This document shows, one piece after another, positions 1 to 8,861 of a stretch of DNA of 29,750 bases (positions are counted from its first letter, which is position 1; every line of letters begins with the position of its first letter). This DNA is from Archangium sp. (GTDB lineage Bacteria; Myxococcota; Myxococcia; Myxococcales; Myxococcaceae), in NCBI GenBank assembly GCA_031367385.1, contig JANLPS010000370.1, positions 1 to 29,750 on the forward strand, written 5' to 3'. The position numbers were made by a program, and so were the translations under genes. The notes below the pieces were generated by a model. That model saw only the letters and a list, made by a program, of their open reading frames with translations. It was not told the origin of the DNA and made no database searches.

Positions 1-583
1 AGACCTTGCCCGCCCCGCCGGTGGCCAAGACCGTCACCTTGCCCAGCATGGTGGCGATTGACCCATCTTCGAGCAGTGCGTAGGCCCCAACCACCCTCCC
101 CTCTTCGCGAATCAGGTCGATGCCCGCGGTATCGGGGAAGAAGGTGATGTTTTTCTGCTCGTCGCAGGCTGCGAGCAGCGCCCGCTCGACCTCTTTGCCG
201 GTGGAGTCGTGGGCGTGAACGATGCGGCGCTTCGAATGGCCCCCTTCTCTGGTCAAATCGAACTCGCCGTCGGCCTTGCGGTTGAACTCAGCCCCCAGCG
301 CGACCAGCTCCCTGAGCCGATCTGGGCCCTCTTTCACAGTAATTTCAACGGCTTCGCGATTATTGAGGCCTGCCCCGGCGACAATGGTGTCCTCCAGGTG
401 GCGCTCGACCGAGTCATCGGGGGCCAAGACCGCCGCGATGCCGCCCTGGGCGTACATGGTGTTGCTCTCGGAGCGACTGCGCTTGGTCAGCACGGCCACC
501 GACCCCGATTTTGCAGCCTCGAGGGCGAACGTCAGACCTGCCACGCCACCGCCCAGCACCAACACGTCAAATGCGAACGCCAT
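1..583 (-). CDS. nadB: L-aspartate oxidase, 5' part (runs off the left edge of the window)
   Basis: Not in the ORF track; translated by hand from ATG at 583: MAFAFDVLVLGGGVAGLTFAL (FAD-binding GxGxxG), SNTMYAQGGIAAV, HLEDTIVAGAGL, TREGGHSKRRIVHAHDSTG, VLATGGAGKV, all typical NadB motifs. Confidence 0.93.
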   Translation of the reverse strand, partial: MAFAFDVLVLGGGVAGLTFALEAAKSGSVAVLTKRSRSESNTMYAQGGIAAVLAPDDSVERHLEDTIVAGAGLNNREAVEITVKEGPDRLRELVALGAEFNRKADGEFDLTREGGHSKRRIVHAHDSTGKEVERALLAACDEQKNITFFPDTAGIDLIREEGRVVGAYALLEDGSIATMLGKVTVLATGGAGKV

Positions 584-672
584 GTCGGCCGTTTAATCAC
601 CCGGCGCCCGATTCGTCAGGTATTTGAAGGACCTGTGAAATGAAGAGTACGCTTCAGGCGCTTCTGACCCCG

Positions 673-1311
673 ATGAAACGAACTGCCCTCAGCCTGTTGC
701 TCTTGCCGACCCTGGCCTGGGCCGGCGGCATTTTTCGCTACGTCGATAAAGACGGCACCATCGTCTACACGAACGTGGCGCCCAAGGGCTCGCAGGCGCG
801 GCAAGCGCGCAAAATCGAGGGTGATTTTCGGCCCGCTCCGACGACGGCGACCCCGGCCAAGGTCTCGACCTCGACCAAGGCCGCGTTGACCGCGTTCGAC
901 GACTACATCGAAGAGGCTGCGGTTCGGTACCGGGTACCGGCACACCTGGTTCGGGCGGTGATGCACGCCGAGTCGGCCTTTGACCCGAACGCGATTTCGA
1001 ACGTGGGCGCGTCGGGCCTGATGCAGCTGATGCCGGGCACGGCGCAAGACATGTTCGTCAAAGACATCTTCGACGCCCATGAAAACGTCGAGGGTGGTGT
1101 GCGGTACCTTCGGGTGCTGGCCAATGAATTCGACGGCGACATGGTGAAGATGGTCGCGGCGTACAACGCGGGCCCCGAGGCGGTTCGCAAATACAACGGC
1201 CAGGTGCCGCCCTACCCCGAAACGCAAGCCTACGTGCGCAAGGTGTTGTCGCTCTACTTTCAGTACAAGTCGCAAGCCGAGCAATCGTCGTCGCCCGAAG
1301 CGAAGCGCTAA
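673..1311 (+). CDS. Secreted lytic transglycosylase (SLT/GH23) with N-terminal DUF4124-like segment
   Basis: Signal peptide MKRTALSLLLLPTLAWA from ATG 673 (track start 640); IFRYVDKDGTIVYTN; SLT motifs HAES (catalytic Glu), GASGLMQLMP, AAYNAG, ETQAYV. Confidence 0.92.
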   Translation: MKRTALSLLLLPTLAWAGGIFRYVDKDGTIVYTNVAPKGSQARQARKIEGDFRPAPTTATPAKVSTSTKAALTAFDDYIEEAAVRYRVPAHLVRAVMHAESAFDPNAISNVGASGLMQLMPGTAQDMFVKDIFDAHENVEGGVRYLRVLANEFDGDMVKMVAAYNAGPEAVRKYNGQVPPYPETQAYVRKVLSLYFQYKSQAEQSSSPEAKR

Positions 1312-1346
1312 GAGACTCCAAAAATTTTTGAAGACAAGGATCACGA

Positions 1347-4300
1347 ATGGCAGGCACGGCTGTGAGCAGAGATCCGGCCACGGAGGAGGAGTTCGTCGCG
1401 TCGCTCTACAAGGGCGGCGAACTGCTCGCGGCCAACAAGGTCGTCGAAGCGCGCGAGCACCTCGAGAAGGCGAACAAGCTCAACCCCAAGAATGAAAAAG
1501 CCCAGAACCTGCTGGGGCTTGCGTACTTCAAGCTGGGGCTCTTCGATCAAGCCTCTGAGGTCTACGAGGCGCTGGTGCGTGAGAACCCGGCCGACCCGAC
1601 CCTGCGGGTCAATCTGGGCCTGGTCTACCTGAAGACCAACAACCTCGAGCGCAGTGTGCACGAGTTCGAGACGGCGACCGACCTCGAGCCGACCCACAAG
1701 AAAGCGCACAACTACCTGGGGTTGGCGTTGGCGCAGGCGGGCGACTACGGGCGCGCGAGAGATCACTTCGTGGCGGCCGGGTCTGACGCGATGGCCGAGA
1801 AGATGTCGAAAGCCCTGGTGGCGCGGGTCGAGAGCGAGCCGCCGGTCGAGGCGATGACCGTGCTCCCGGCGCCCCCGGCGAGCGCTCCGGCGATACCGGT
1901 CGAGGCCAAGGTGATCGTCTCGCCGCAAGCCGCGAGTGCCGAGAGCGATGAAGAATTGATCGAGGTGATGAGCGACGAGCAAGAGCCTCCCTCGGGTGAA
2001 ATGCCGGCGGTCATCGAGGCCGAAGAGCTCGCCGTTGATGTCGGAGTGGATTCTCCCAGCGAGCAGAACGACGAGGTCTCAGAGCCGGGCACCACGCTGA
2101 CCGAGCTGCCGGCCGATGCGCCGGTCGAGCTCGCGCGCCCCAGCCGCCCGAACTTGTCAGCGACCGATTGGGGTGAGCACGCAGAGAAACAGCTGCCGGC
2201 GCCGCTGGAGGCCGAGGTGGCGGTCGAGGCCGGCGACGTGCTCGACGAAGACCAGCTCATCGAAGCGTCAGAAGAAGACGCCGCGGAGGCAGCCCAGGGC
2301 CCGCGCATCGAGGTCGACCAGTACGGCGAGCCAGTCACCGGTCAGCAGTTTGGTCGCAGCTCGAAGTCTGGCCTCAAGCGGGTCGCCGCGGCGTGGCCCG
2401 AGAGCGAGCCGCGGGAGTTGGTGTCGGTCGAGTCGATGACCCCCGAGCCAACGGCGCCCACTGATGTACCGGTCGATAATTCGTGGTCGGCCCCCGCCCC
2501 TGGCACCGATGAGCTGATGGCGTCGGCGGCACAGAGCTACGTGCACTCCGGGCAAGACGAGGTCGCTCCCAACGGTGAGTACGCCGAGCAGCAGGCGACG
2601 AGCGCAGAGAACGACTGGAGCGACGCGGCGACTTCGAACGCGGCCGACCTCGAGTACGTGCCCGCCAGCGATGCTGAGCCGCAGGGCTGGGCGGCCCAAC
2701 CTGCCGCAGGGGCTCCACCGAGCGCCGAAGACCCGAGATGGTCGAGTGGGCCTGCGGTTGCGGCACAAGACGCGGCGTCTGTACAGGCAGACAGTGGCGC
2801 GGCTTCAGAGACGATCGCTGGAGCGCCGTATCTGGAGCAGGCCGGTGAAGCGGGCTCCGGCTACGCGCTGGCAGACGGCGACGAGGCCTCGAGCGCTGCG
2901 TACCTTCAGCAAGCTAATGGCGGAGACCCTGACGCGGCCTCCGCGCAGGCGAGCGGCGGCGCTGCCGGCGAGCCCATTGGAAATTCGCCGTACGGCGGCG
3001 GCTACCCCGACGCTGCCTACGCGCAAGCGAACAGCGGCGCTGGTGACGAAACCAGCGGAAACTCACCGTACGCTGGTGGCTACTCAGACGCTGCGTACGC
3101 GCAGGTGAACAACGGCGCTGGGGGCGAGGCCAGTGGAAGTTCTCCGTACGGTGGCGGCCACTCCGACGCGGCTTACCCGCAGTCGAGCCGAGGCGAGACG
3201 AGCGCACGCTCTGCTTACACTGGCGCGACGTCTGCAGTGAGAGCCGGGCATTCGGCAAGCTCAGACAGCGGCGCGGCGTCATCGACGATCGCTGATGCAC
3301 CCTATCTGCAACCAGACAGCGCGCAGGCCGAGGGCGATTCTGAACCGATCTCCGACGCCTCGTACCTGCAGGCTGACGACGCTGGCGCCTCGGGCGAGCT
3401 GCCGATGGTCGATGCCGAGCCGGCTGCCGCGGCCTCCGAGCTCGACTGGAGCGGCGTGGCAGCCACAGGCCAAGCCGAAGAACCCACGGCCGCAGCGCCT
3501 GCCCCCGACGCAGTGCCTGATTGGGTCGCAAGCGCGCCCGACCCGCTCGCCGCGACCGAGAGCGCCGCAGAGCCGGAGTGGGTCTCGCAGCCACTCTCCG
3601 AGGTGAATTTCTACGCCGCGGGTCACGAATCGGTGATCGCCCAGTCTGAAGCGCTCGACCGCGCGGCCATCTCAGCCGAGAGCGCTGCCGCAGTGGCAAC
3701 CGAGACGGCGCGCCCCACCGTGCCCACCTACGAGCCGCGAGCGGTCTCCGGGCCGGTGCACGTCGACATCAGCCTCACGCCGGTCACCCAAAGCCCCACC
3801 GAGCCAGACGGAGTCGCCGCGATCGCTGCGCCCTCGGCTTCGGCCCCCAGCGGGTACTCGCCAATGGGCTCGCAGCGCTTGCTCGACCTGGGCGCGTCGA
3901 CGCAATGGGTCGCCGAGGGTGAGCGAGGCCCGTTTCACCTGGGCAACGACGGCATGGCGGTGACGGTGCACGGCGAGATGCTGGTTCGGTTGACCAACCT
4001 GGTGGCCGTGGTGGGCAGCGTCGAGGTGTCTCCTGAGATGCGGCGCATTCGAGGCCGGCCCACCGATCAGTCGTTCGGCACCGGAGAGCACCAGCTGCAG
4101 CGGGTTCGTGGCGCTGGGGTGCTCTACCTCGAGCCCGGCCGTTCGCTCTTTCACGCGATCGACCTCGATGACGAGGGCGCGTACCTGCGCGAAGAACGCG
4201 TGTTCGCCTTCGAAGAGCCGATTGCTTTCGAAAACGGCCGGCTGACCGACTCAGGCAAGTCGGTCGAGCTCGTCAACCTGAAGGGCCAAGGCCGGGTGCT

Positions 4301-4490
4301 GTTGCAGCTCGACGGGCCGCTCAAGGCGATGCCGATACCGGTGGGCTCGCCGATGGTGGTGCCGCTCAGCCGCCTGGTGGGGTGGTTCGGGCGGGTTACG
4401 CCGCGCATGGTCGGTTTCGTGGGTCAGGGCGCGGTCGAATTGACCGGTGAGGGCTACGCGCTCCTCGGAGCCGCCGCAGAACGGAGCTGA
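1347..4490 (+). CDS. TPR protein with long acidic low-complexity linker and C-terminal AIM24-like domain
   Basis: N-terminal TPRs (AQNLLGLAYFKLG, LRVNLGLVYLK, AHNYLGLALAQAG); ~690 aa Ala/Glu/Asp/Ser/Pro-rich middle; C-terminal ~190 aa beta-rich domain (VRGAGVLYL, YLREERVFAFE, VNLKGQGRVLL) resembling AIM24/TIGR00266. Confidence 0.8.
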   Translation: MAGTAVSRDPATEEEFVASLYKGGELLAANKVVEAREHLEKANKLNPKNEKAQNLLGLAYFKLGLFDQASEVYEALVRENPADPTLRVNLGLVYLKTNNLERSVHEFETATDLEPTHKKAHNYLGLALAQAGDYGRARDHFVAAGSDAMAEKMSKALVARVESEPPVEAMTVLPAPPASAPAIPVEAKVIVSPQAASAESDEELIEVMSDEQEPPSGEMPAVIEAEELAVDVGVDSPSEQNDEVSEPGTTLTELPADAPVELARPSRPNLSATDWGEHAEKQLPAPLEAEVAVEAGDVLDEDQLIEASEEDAAEAAQGPRIEVDQYGEPVTGQQFGRSSKSGLKRVAAAWPESEPRELVSVESMTPEPTAPTDVPVDNSWSAPAPGTDELMASAAQSYVHSGQDEVAPNGEYAEQQATSAENDWSDAATSNAADLEYVPASDAEPQGWAAQPAAGAPPSAEDPRWSSGPAVAAQDAASVQADSGAASETIAGAPYLEQAGEAGSGYALADGDEASSAAYLQQANGGDPDAASAQASGGAAGEPIGNSPYGGGYPDAAYAQANSGAGDETSGNSPYAGGYSDAAYAQVNNGAGGEASGSSPYGGGHSDAAYPQSSRGETSARSAYTGATSAVRAGHSASSDSGAASSTIADAPYLQPDSAQAEGDSEPISDASYLQADDAGASGELPMVDAEPAAAASELDWSGVAATGQAEEPTAAAPAPDAVPDWVASAPDPLAATESAAEPEWVSQPLSEVNFYAAGHESVIAQSEALDRAAISAESAAAVATETARPTVPTYEPRAVSGPVHVDISLTPVTQSPTEPDGVAAIAAPSASAPSGYSPMGSQRLLDLGASTQWVAEGERGPFHLGNDGMAVTVHGEMLVRLTNLVAVVGSVEVSPEMRRIRGRPTDQSFGTGEHQLQRVRGAGVLYLEPGRSLFHAIDLDDEGAYLREERVFAFEEPIAFENGRLTDSGKSVELVNLKGQGRVLLQLDGPLKAMPIPVGSPMVVPLSRLVGWFGRVTPRMVGFVGQGAVELTGEGYALLGAAAERS
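2931..3182 (+). repeat. Intragenic 78-bp (26-aa) tandem repeat, about 3 copies
   Basis: Units start at 2982, 3060 and 3138, exactly 78 bp apart: NSPYGGGYPDAAYAQANSGAGDETSG / NSPYAGGYSDAAYAQVNNGAGGEASG / SSPYGGGHSDAAYPQ, plus a partial upstream copy DAASAQASGGAAGEPIG. Confidence 0.9.
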
Positions 4491-4493
4491 CCG

Positions 4494-5225
4494 ATGGACC
4501 GTGAAGCCAAACGCAAGCTCCGCCAGGAGACCCGGCAGCGCAAGAGCGCCGAAAAAGACCGTCGCAAGGTCGAGAAGCTTCGCAAACGCGACGAGAAGCG
4601 CCGCAGCCGGGGCCCGTCGGTGCTGCTGCAGGAGTTCTGGAACCTCCCCAACATGCTCACCCTAGGGCGGATCTTCATCATCCCCCTCTTCGTGTGGTTC
4701 ACGTACCACGCTGACCCGTTCTACTCGGTGCTGGCGGCCTCGCTGTTCACGCTGGCGGCCATCACCGACGTCATCGATGGGTACCTGGCGCGGCTCCTGA
4801 ACAAGATCACCGTCACCGGCAAGCTGCTCGACCCGTTGGCCGACAAGCTGATCGTGATGGCGGCGATGGTGATGATGGTGCGGCTCGGCCGCATCGAAGC
4901 CTGGGTGATCATCGTGCTGATCAGCCGCGAATTCGTGGTCAACGGCCTGCGCCAGATCGCCGCCAGCGAAGGCATGATCATCGCCGCCGGCCAGGAGGGC
5001 AAATGGAAGACGGCCCTGCAGCTGGTGGGCATCATCTCTCTGTGCGTGCACTACACCTACCCGGTGAGCTTCTTGTTCGCGACCTACGACGTGAAGTTCG
5101 CGGTGGTGGGCAAGACGCTGATCTACCTCTCGACGGCCTTTTCGGTCTGGAGCGCAGGCACCTACTTTCAGGCGTTCTTGCAGATGTTGTCGAAGCGCGG
5201 GGCCCCGACGCAAAAAGCCGCTTGA
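4494..5225 (+). CDS. pgsA: CDP-diacylglycerol--glycerol-3-phosphate 3-phosphatidyltransferase
   Basis: NLPNMLTLGR, CDP-alcohol phosphotransferase motif DVIDGYLAR...GKLLDPLADK, SREFVVNGLR, GKWKTALQ; followed by tRNA-Gly as in the pgsA-glyW arrangement. Confidence 0.95.
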   Translation: MDREAKRKLRQETRQRKSAEKDRRKVEKLRKRDEKRRSRGPSVLLQEFWNLPNMLTLGRIFIIPLFVWFTYHADPFYSVLAASLFTLAAITDVIDGYLARLLNKITVTGKLLDPLADKLIVMAAMVMMVRLGRIEAWVIIVLISREFVVNGLRQIAASEGMIIAAGQEGKWKTALQLVGIISLCVHYTYPVSFLFATYDVKFAVVGKTLIYLSTAFSVWSAGTYFQAFLQMLSKRGAPTQKAA

Positions 5226-5274
5226 CCAGCTGTCAGGTGGCAGGCTACTTACGCGTCGCTTCGATCAACCACAT

Positions 5275-5349
5275 GCGGGAATAGCTCAGCGGTAGAGCAT
5301 CGCCTTGCCAAGGCGAGGGTCGAGAGTTCAAATCTCTTTTCCCGCTCCA
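5275..5349 (+). tRNA. tRNA-Gly (anticodon GCC)
   Basis: GCGGGAA acceptor pairs with TTCCCGC; D-arm TAGCTCAGCGGTAGAGC; anticodon arm CGCCTT-GCC-AAGGCG; T-arm GAGAGTTCAAATCTC; encoded CCA end. Confidence 0.98.
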
Positions 5350-5352
5350 AAA

Positions 5353-5382
5353 GGCCCTCGATTCGTCGGGGGCCTTTTTTTT
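5353..5382 (+). terminator. Rho-independent terminator after tRNA-Gly, possibly bidirectional
   Basis: GGCCCTCGA-TTCG-TCGGGGGCC stem-loop followed by T8 and preceded by A4; the convergent gene ends at 5407. Confidence 0.9.
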
Positions 5383-5406
5383 GCCCTGTTGCTCTCGGAG
5401 GTTTCG

Positions 5407-6711
5407 TCACCGCACGCGCAAGTTGGTCGGCGGAGCGGGCGCAGCGGCAGTCGAGCCGTACTCGAAGGCGCCTCGATCGAAAACGCCATCGGCACCACGC
5501 AGAGCGCCGCGGAGGTCGCGATCGAATGGAGCGCCCAGCGTGGCACCAGCAGCCGTCGCAGCTTGCAGTGCAAAATTGCCCGTCGAGTAGCCTGCGAAAA
5601 TGGCGGTGGTGAGACCCGTTTGCGCATGCGCTTCACCCAGCGCATTCGAGCCGCCGAAACCGTTGAAGTCGTGGGTGCCTTCGATGCCGACGGTGGGGCA
5701 ATTGATGAACAGGTTGTTGCTGACGATGTTGTCGGTGCCTGCGCCCCACGCCATGCCAGCGTTGTAGCCAGACGAATCGACGAACGTGTTGTTGGAGACC
5801 CGGTTGTGGCTCGACGAAGCGCCGGCGAAACCCACCGCGCCGTCGCCAGTCGAGAAGCCCGACACCACGTTGCCGTAAAACTGGAGCCCATCGGCGTAGG
5901 TGATGGCCACGATGGCCGTGCCTCCGCCACCTGGGCCTTTGAAGGCATTGCGAAAGCGGTTGTACCGAATCGTGGCGTTGTTGCCGCTGTAGTAGAGGTT
6001 GACGATTTCGCCGTGATTCGTCGAGTTGCTCTCGACGCCGTCAGAAGCGCTGTACTCGACCACCGCACCCTCGGTGGTGCGCAGAAACCAGACGTTGTTG
6101 CTCTCTGAAACGAACAGGCGGTGAAACACCAAGCCGCTGCTGATGCTCCCTCCATCGTAATCGTCGATGTCGATGGCGTAGATGCGTTGCGTGGTACTGG
6201 GCAGCGCTGCAGCAAAGCCAGGCAGGTAGGCGTATTTCACGGTGATGTCGTCGGGCGCGTTGCCGTAGTTCTGAATCACGATTTGCTGCTGCTCGGTGTC
6301 GCGGCCAATCGAAAACCCGTAGGCCGATCGATCGAACCAGTCGCTCTCGTTTCGGGTTTGCCCGTCGATGACGTAGTGGCTGGTGCGAAAGGTGAACATG
6401 CCGAAGACGGCCTGCCCGGTGGCGTACACGCTCGACCACCCTGTTTCCGTGCCGTGATCTCCCGCGGTCGCCTTCTTGACCGCGGTGGTGAGCGACCCTG
6501 AGACCGGGTCATCGAAGGTGTAGGCCGGGTATGCACCAGCAGACACGTAATAGACGTCTCCCCGAACGAGGGTTGCCGGCAAGGCTGACCAGGCGTTGGC
6601 CCAATCGGCCCCGCTGTTCGAACCCGAAGCACCGGCTCTCACACAATGCGTGGCGGCTGCCGCAGGCACCGAGAGCAGCATCACCACGAGGCAATTGTGA
6701 ATGGAGGCCAC
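5407..6711 (-). CDS. Secreted right-handed parallel beta-helix (pectin-lyase-like fold) protein with choice-of-anchor-Q-like tail
   Basis: GTG start with AAAGGAG Shine-Dalgarno; signal peptide ending PAAAA; GSNSGADWANAW start motif; Asn-ladder segments (TIRYNRF, LQFYGNVV, VSNNTF, VSNNLF); tail DLRGALR...DRGAFEY. Confidence 0.72.
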   Translation of the reverse strand: MASIHNCLVVMLLSVPAAAATHCVRAGASGSNSGADWANAWSALPATLVRGDVYYVSAGAYPAYTFDDPVSGSLTTAVKKATAGDHGTETGWSSVYATGQAVFGMFTFRTSHYVIDGQTRNESDWFDRSAYGFSIGRDTEQQQIVIQNYGNAPDDITVKYAYLPGFAAALPSTTQRIYAIDIDDYDGGSISSGLVFHRLFVSESNNVWFLRTTEGAVVEYSASDGVESNSTNHGEIVNLYYSGNNATIRYNRFRNAFKGPGGGGTAIVAITYADGLQFYGNVVSGFSTGDGAVGFAGASSSHNRVSNNTFVDSSGYNAGMAWGAGTDNIVSNNLFINCPTVGIEGTHDFNGFGGSNALGEAHAQTGLTTAIFAGYSTGNFALQAATAAGATLGAPFDRDLRGALRGADGVFDRGAFEYGSTAAAPAPPTNLRVR

Positions 6712-6823
6712 GAACAGCTCCTTTCAAAAGGGGTACTGGCTGGGTGACACCGCCTCACGGCACATTGCAAAATCGAAGTCACTCCAAGGAGTTAGGCGCT
6801 CTTTGGTCAAGTCGGTCTCGACC

Positions 6824-6847
6824 CTGGCAGTCACGCATGACTGCCAG
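6824..6847. promoter_or_regulatory. Perfect 10-bp inverted repeat in a divergent intergenic region
   Basis: CTGGCAGTCA-CGCA-TGACTGCCAG is seen directly; a regulatory role is inferred from position only. Confidence 0.5.
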
Positions 6848-6906
6848 CCACCCGGCGTACGTGCCCGCTTGGTCACAAAAGCGCCGCGGCATGCCACGCC
6901 ACCCCC

Positions 6907-7349
6907 GTGCCCTCTCCCACCGTGCTGGTGTCTGGAAAGTGCCTCAGCTTCGTGCACCACGCCTGCGCGCAGGCGCACATCGACTACGCCAGCCTGACTG
7001 AGGGCCTCGGGCTCGTCGGCACGCACATTCCCTCCAGGCTCGACTGGGCCACGGCGGCGACTCCGACGTGCACACCGCGGCGAATGGCAGAGAAGCGCTC
7101 GCAGCCGTGCAGCGAACCCCGTGGGGCCTGGTGCTGTTGGACGTGCAGATGCCCGAGATGGACGGCCTGGAGGCGACTCGCCAGATTCGGGCGCTGTCGG
7201 GAGGCGGGGCCCAGGTACCGCTCGTGGGCCTGACGGCCTCCGCGATGAATGACGACATAATCGCCTGCCGTGACGCGGGCATGAACGACGTGCTGGCAAA
7301 GCCGATCGACCTTGCGGCGCTCTCGTCAATCTTGAGCCGCTACGGGTAG
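6907..7349 (+). pseudogene. Probable remnant of a hybrid sensor kinase: short N-terminal piece joined out of frame to an N-truncated receiver domain
   Basis: 7068-7349 encodes TAANGREAL...LVLLDVQMPEMDGLEATRQIR...VGLTASA...GMNDVLAKP, a C-terminal REC typical of hybrid kinases. It lacks strand beta1 with the acidic DD pair, and its frame is closed upstream by TGA at 6999-7001. 6907-~7050 in another frame reads like a protein N-terminus. Confidence 0.65.
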
Positions 7350-7424
7350 TGGCTCGAATCGAATTCGGAGAGCAAGTGCTTGCCCAGCGCCCGAACGCCG
7401 TTGAGCACCGACCCCTTCGGGCAA

Positions 7425-8738
7425 TCAAGGGCAGGCCGCTGATGGCACGGCCAGGCCCCAGAGAATGGCGCCCATCGGGTGGCTGCCGACGTAGTTGCTG
7501 CTGGGCAGCACGTCCCACGTGACGCCGTCGGTGCTGCGGTAGAATTGCTGTTTGTCGTACCAATTCGTCCACCCTCCGCGAATGGCGACGAGCGAGCCAG
7601 TCGGGCTTCGACCGAGCACCCCAAGCTCTGGCGGGCCGCCCATCTCGACGCCGCCATCTGCGCTCAAATAGCGCGAGAACAACGGAGCGGTGATCGACCA
7701 CGTCACGGCGTCGGGGCTTCGCATCAGCACCCGTTGATACGTGGGGTCGCCGTACTGCCCCCAGAGCAAGAACTCGGTGCCCGTCCACACCGGGCCAATC
7801 GAGGCGGGAGCGGGCAGAGGGGCCGAGGTGTAGGTCAACCCATCGCTCGAGACGCAGATGTTCGCGCTGTCGACGTAGATGAAGCGCCCATTCGCATACC
7901 CGAACCCCACCGTGCCTGCGGTGTTCGCGCCGCACTCAGGAGGGAGGGTCGCGTGCTGCCACGACGCTCCGGTGTCGGTGGTGACGACGAAGTCGTGGTT
8001 CGCCCCGTCAGCGGCGAACATCGTGAAGATGCCCTTGCCGTAGGTGGCCGCGCGAACGTTGTAGATGACGTTGCCGTTCATGCTGAGGGCGACGTCGGCG
8101 GTGCCCTGCCAGGTACTGCCATTGTCGCGGCTCCACATCGGCTGGCGCCCGGCGGCCAGAATCACCCCGTTGCCTTCGGTGAGCCCTGCGAATTGAGTGC
8201 CCTCGATGGCGCGCTCCCAAGTGACGCCGTCGCGGCTGCGGCGAACCGAGCCGGGCATGCCGTGCCCGTACGAGGCGATGAACCAGCCGTTCGCTTGAAT
8301 CAACCCGTGGTTCGCGCCCTCGTTGTGATCGCAGTTGGTGTCGCCGCCGTCGGGGTTGCCGTCGGCGTAGAAGCACCGCAGCAGGTCGGCGTCAGACTGG
8401 TTCGCGACCCAGCTGCGCCCGTCGTCGCACGAGATGATCGACCGTGCCATGTGGCCGGTGGCGACGAAGATGGGCACCATGCGAGGGCCCGCGTCTCGCA
8501 CGCCCGCATCGGCCGCGCTGCCCGCGTCGACGCCCTGCCCCGCATCGAGGCCATCGAGCGAGCGACCGGCGTCGAACGAACCGCCACTGTCGACCGGGCC
8601 ATCATTGAACGCGCCCGAGTCTGCGCTCGCACCAGCGTCGGCGGCCGACCCCGACGCTGCGCCGTCGCCCACGTCAGAAGCCATGCCGAGACAACCGCAC
8701 ATGAGAAACACCGACAGCGTGAGGAGTGCGCTTTTCAT
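7425..8738 (-). CDS. Secreted/lipoprotein with DAG-rich linker and Asp-box (BNR) beta-propeller domain
   Basis: MKSALLTLSVFLMCGC lipobox-like start at 8738 (track start 8798); repeated DAG/DSG linker; Asp-boxes SCDDGRSW, SRDGVTW, SRDNGSTW, TTDTGASW, SSDGLTY, SPDAVTW, STDGVTW. Confidence 0.8.
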   Translation of the reverse strand: MKSALLTLSVFLMCGCLGMASDVGDGAASGSAADAGASADSGAFNDGPVDSGGSFDAGRSLDGLDAGQGVDAGSAADAGVRDAGPRMVPIFVATGHMARSIISCDDGRSWVANQSDADLLRCFYADGNPDGGDTNCDHNEGANHGLIQANGWFIASYGHGMPGSVRRSRDGVTWERAIEGTQFAGLTEGNGVILAAGRQPMWSRDNGSTWQGTADVALSMNGNVIYNVRAATYGKGIFTMFAADGANHDFVVTTDTGASWQHATLPPECGANTAGTVGFGYANGRFIYVDSANICVSSDGLTYTSAPLPAPASIGPVWTGTEFLLWGQYGDPTYQRVLMRSPDAVTWSITAPLFSRYLSADGGVEMGGPPELGVLGRSPTGSLVAIRGGWTNWYDKQQFYRSTDGVTWDVLPSSNYVGSHPMGAILWGLAVPSAACP

Positions 8739-8861
8739 GAAAGGGGTCGCCAAGCTGAGCACGGTTCGGCCATCGCTCCGTGTCATGGGAGAGAGCACTG
8801 GTCTCTGCTTGAAAGCTCACTCCTCGACGCACATGTCGCCTGATGTGCGACACGCGTCGCT

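Noticed and set aside
209..643. Plus-strand ORFs 209-643 and 222-596
   Set aside because: Antisense shadows of nadB, which has clear motifs on the minus strand.
2931..3182. Regularly spaced repeats as a possible CRISPR or ncRNA array
   Set aside because: Period is a multiple of 3, the copies lie in frame within a CDS and vary largely at synonymous positions; no unique spacers and no cas genes.
5222..5251. Sigma70 promoter for the tRNA (TTGACC ... TACTTA)
   Set aside because: Plausible -35 but a poor -10 match; not supportable from sequence alone.
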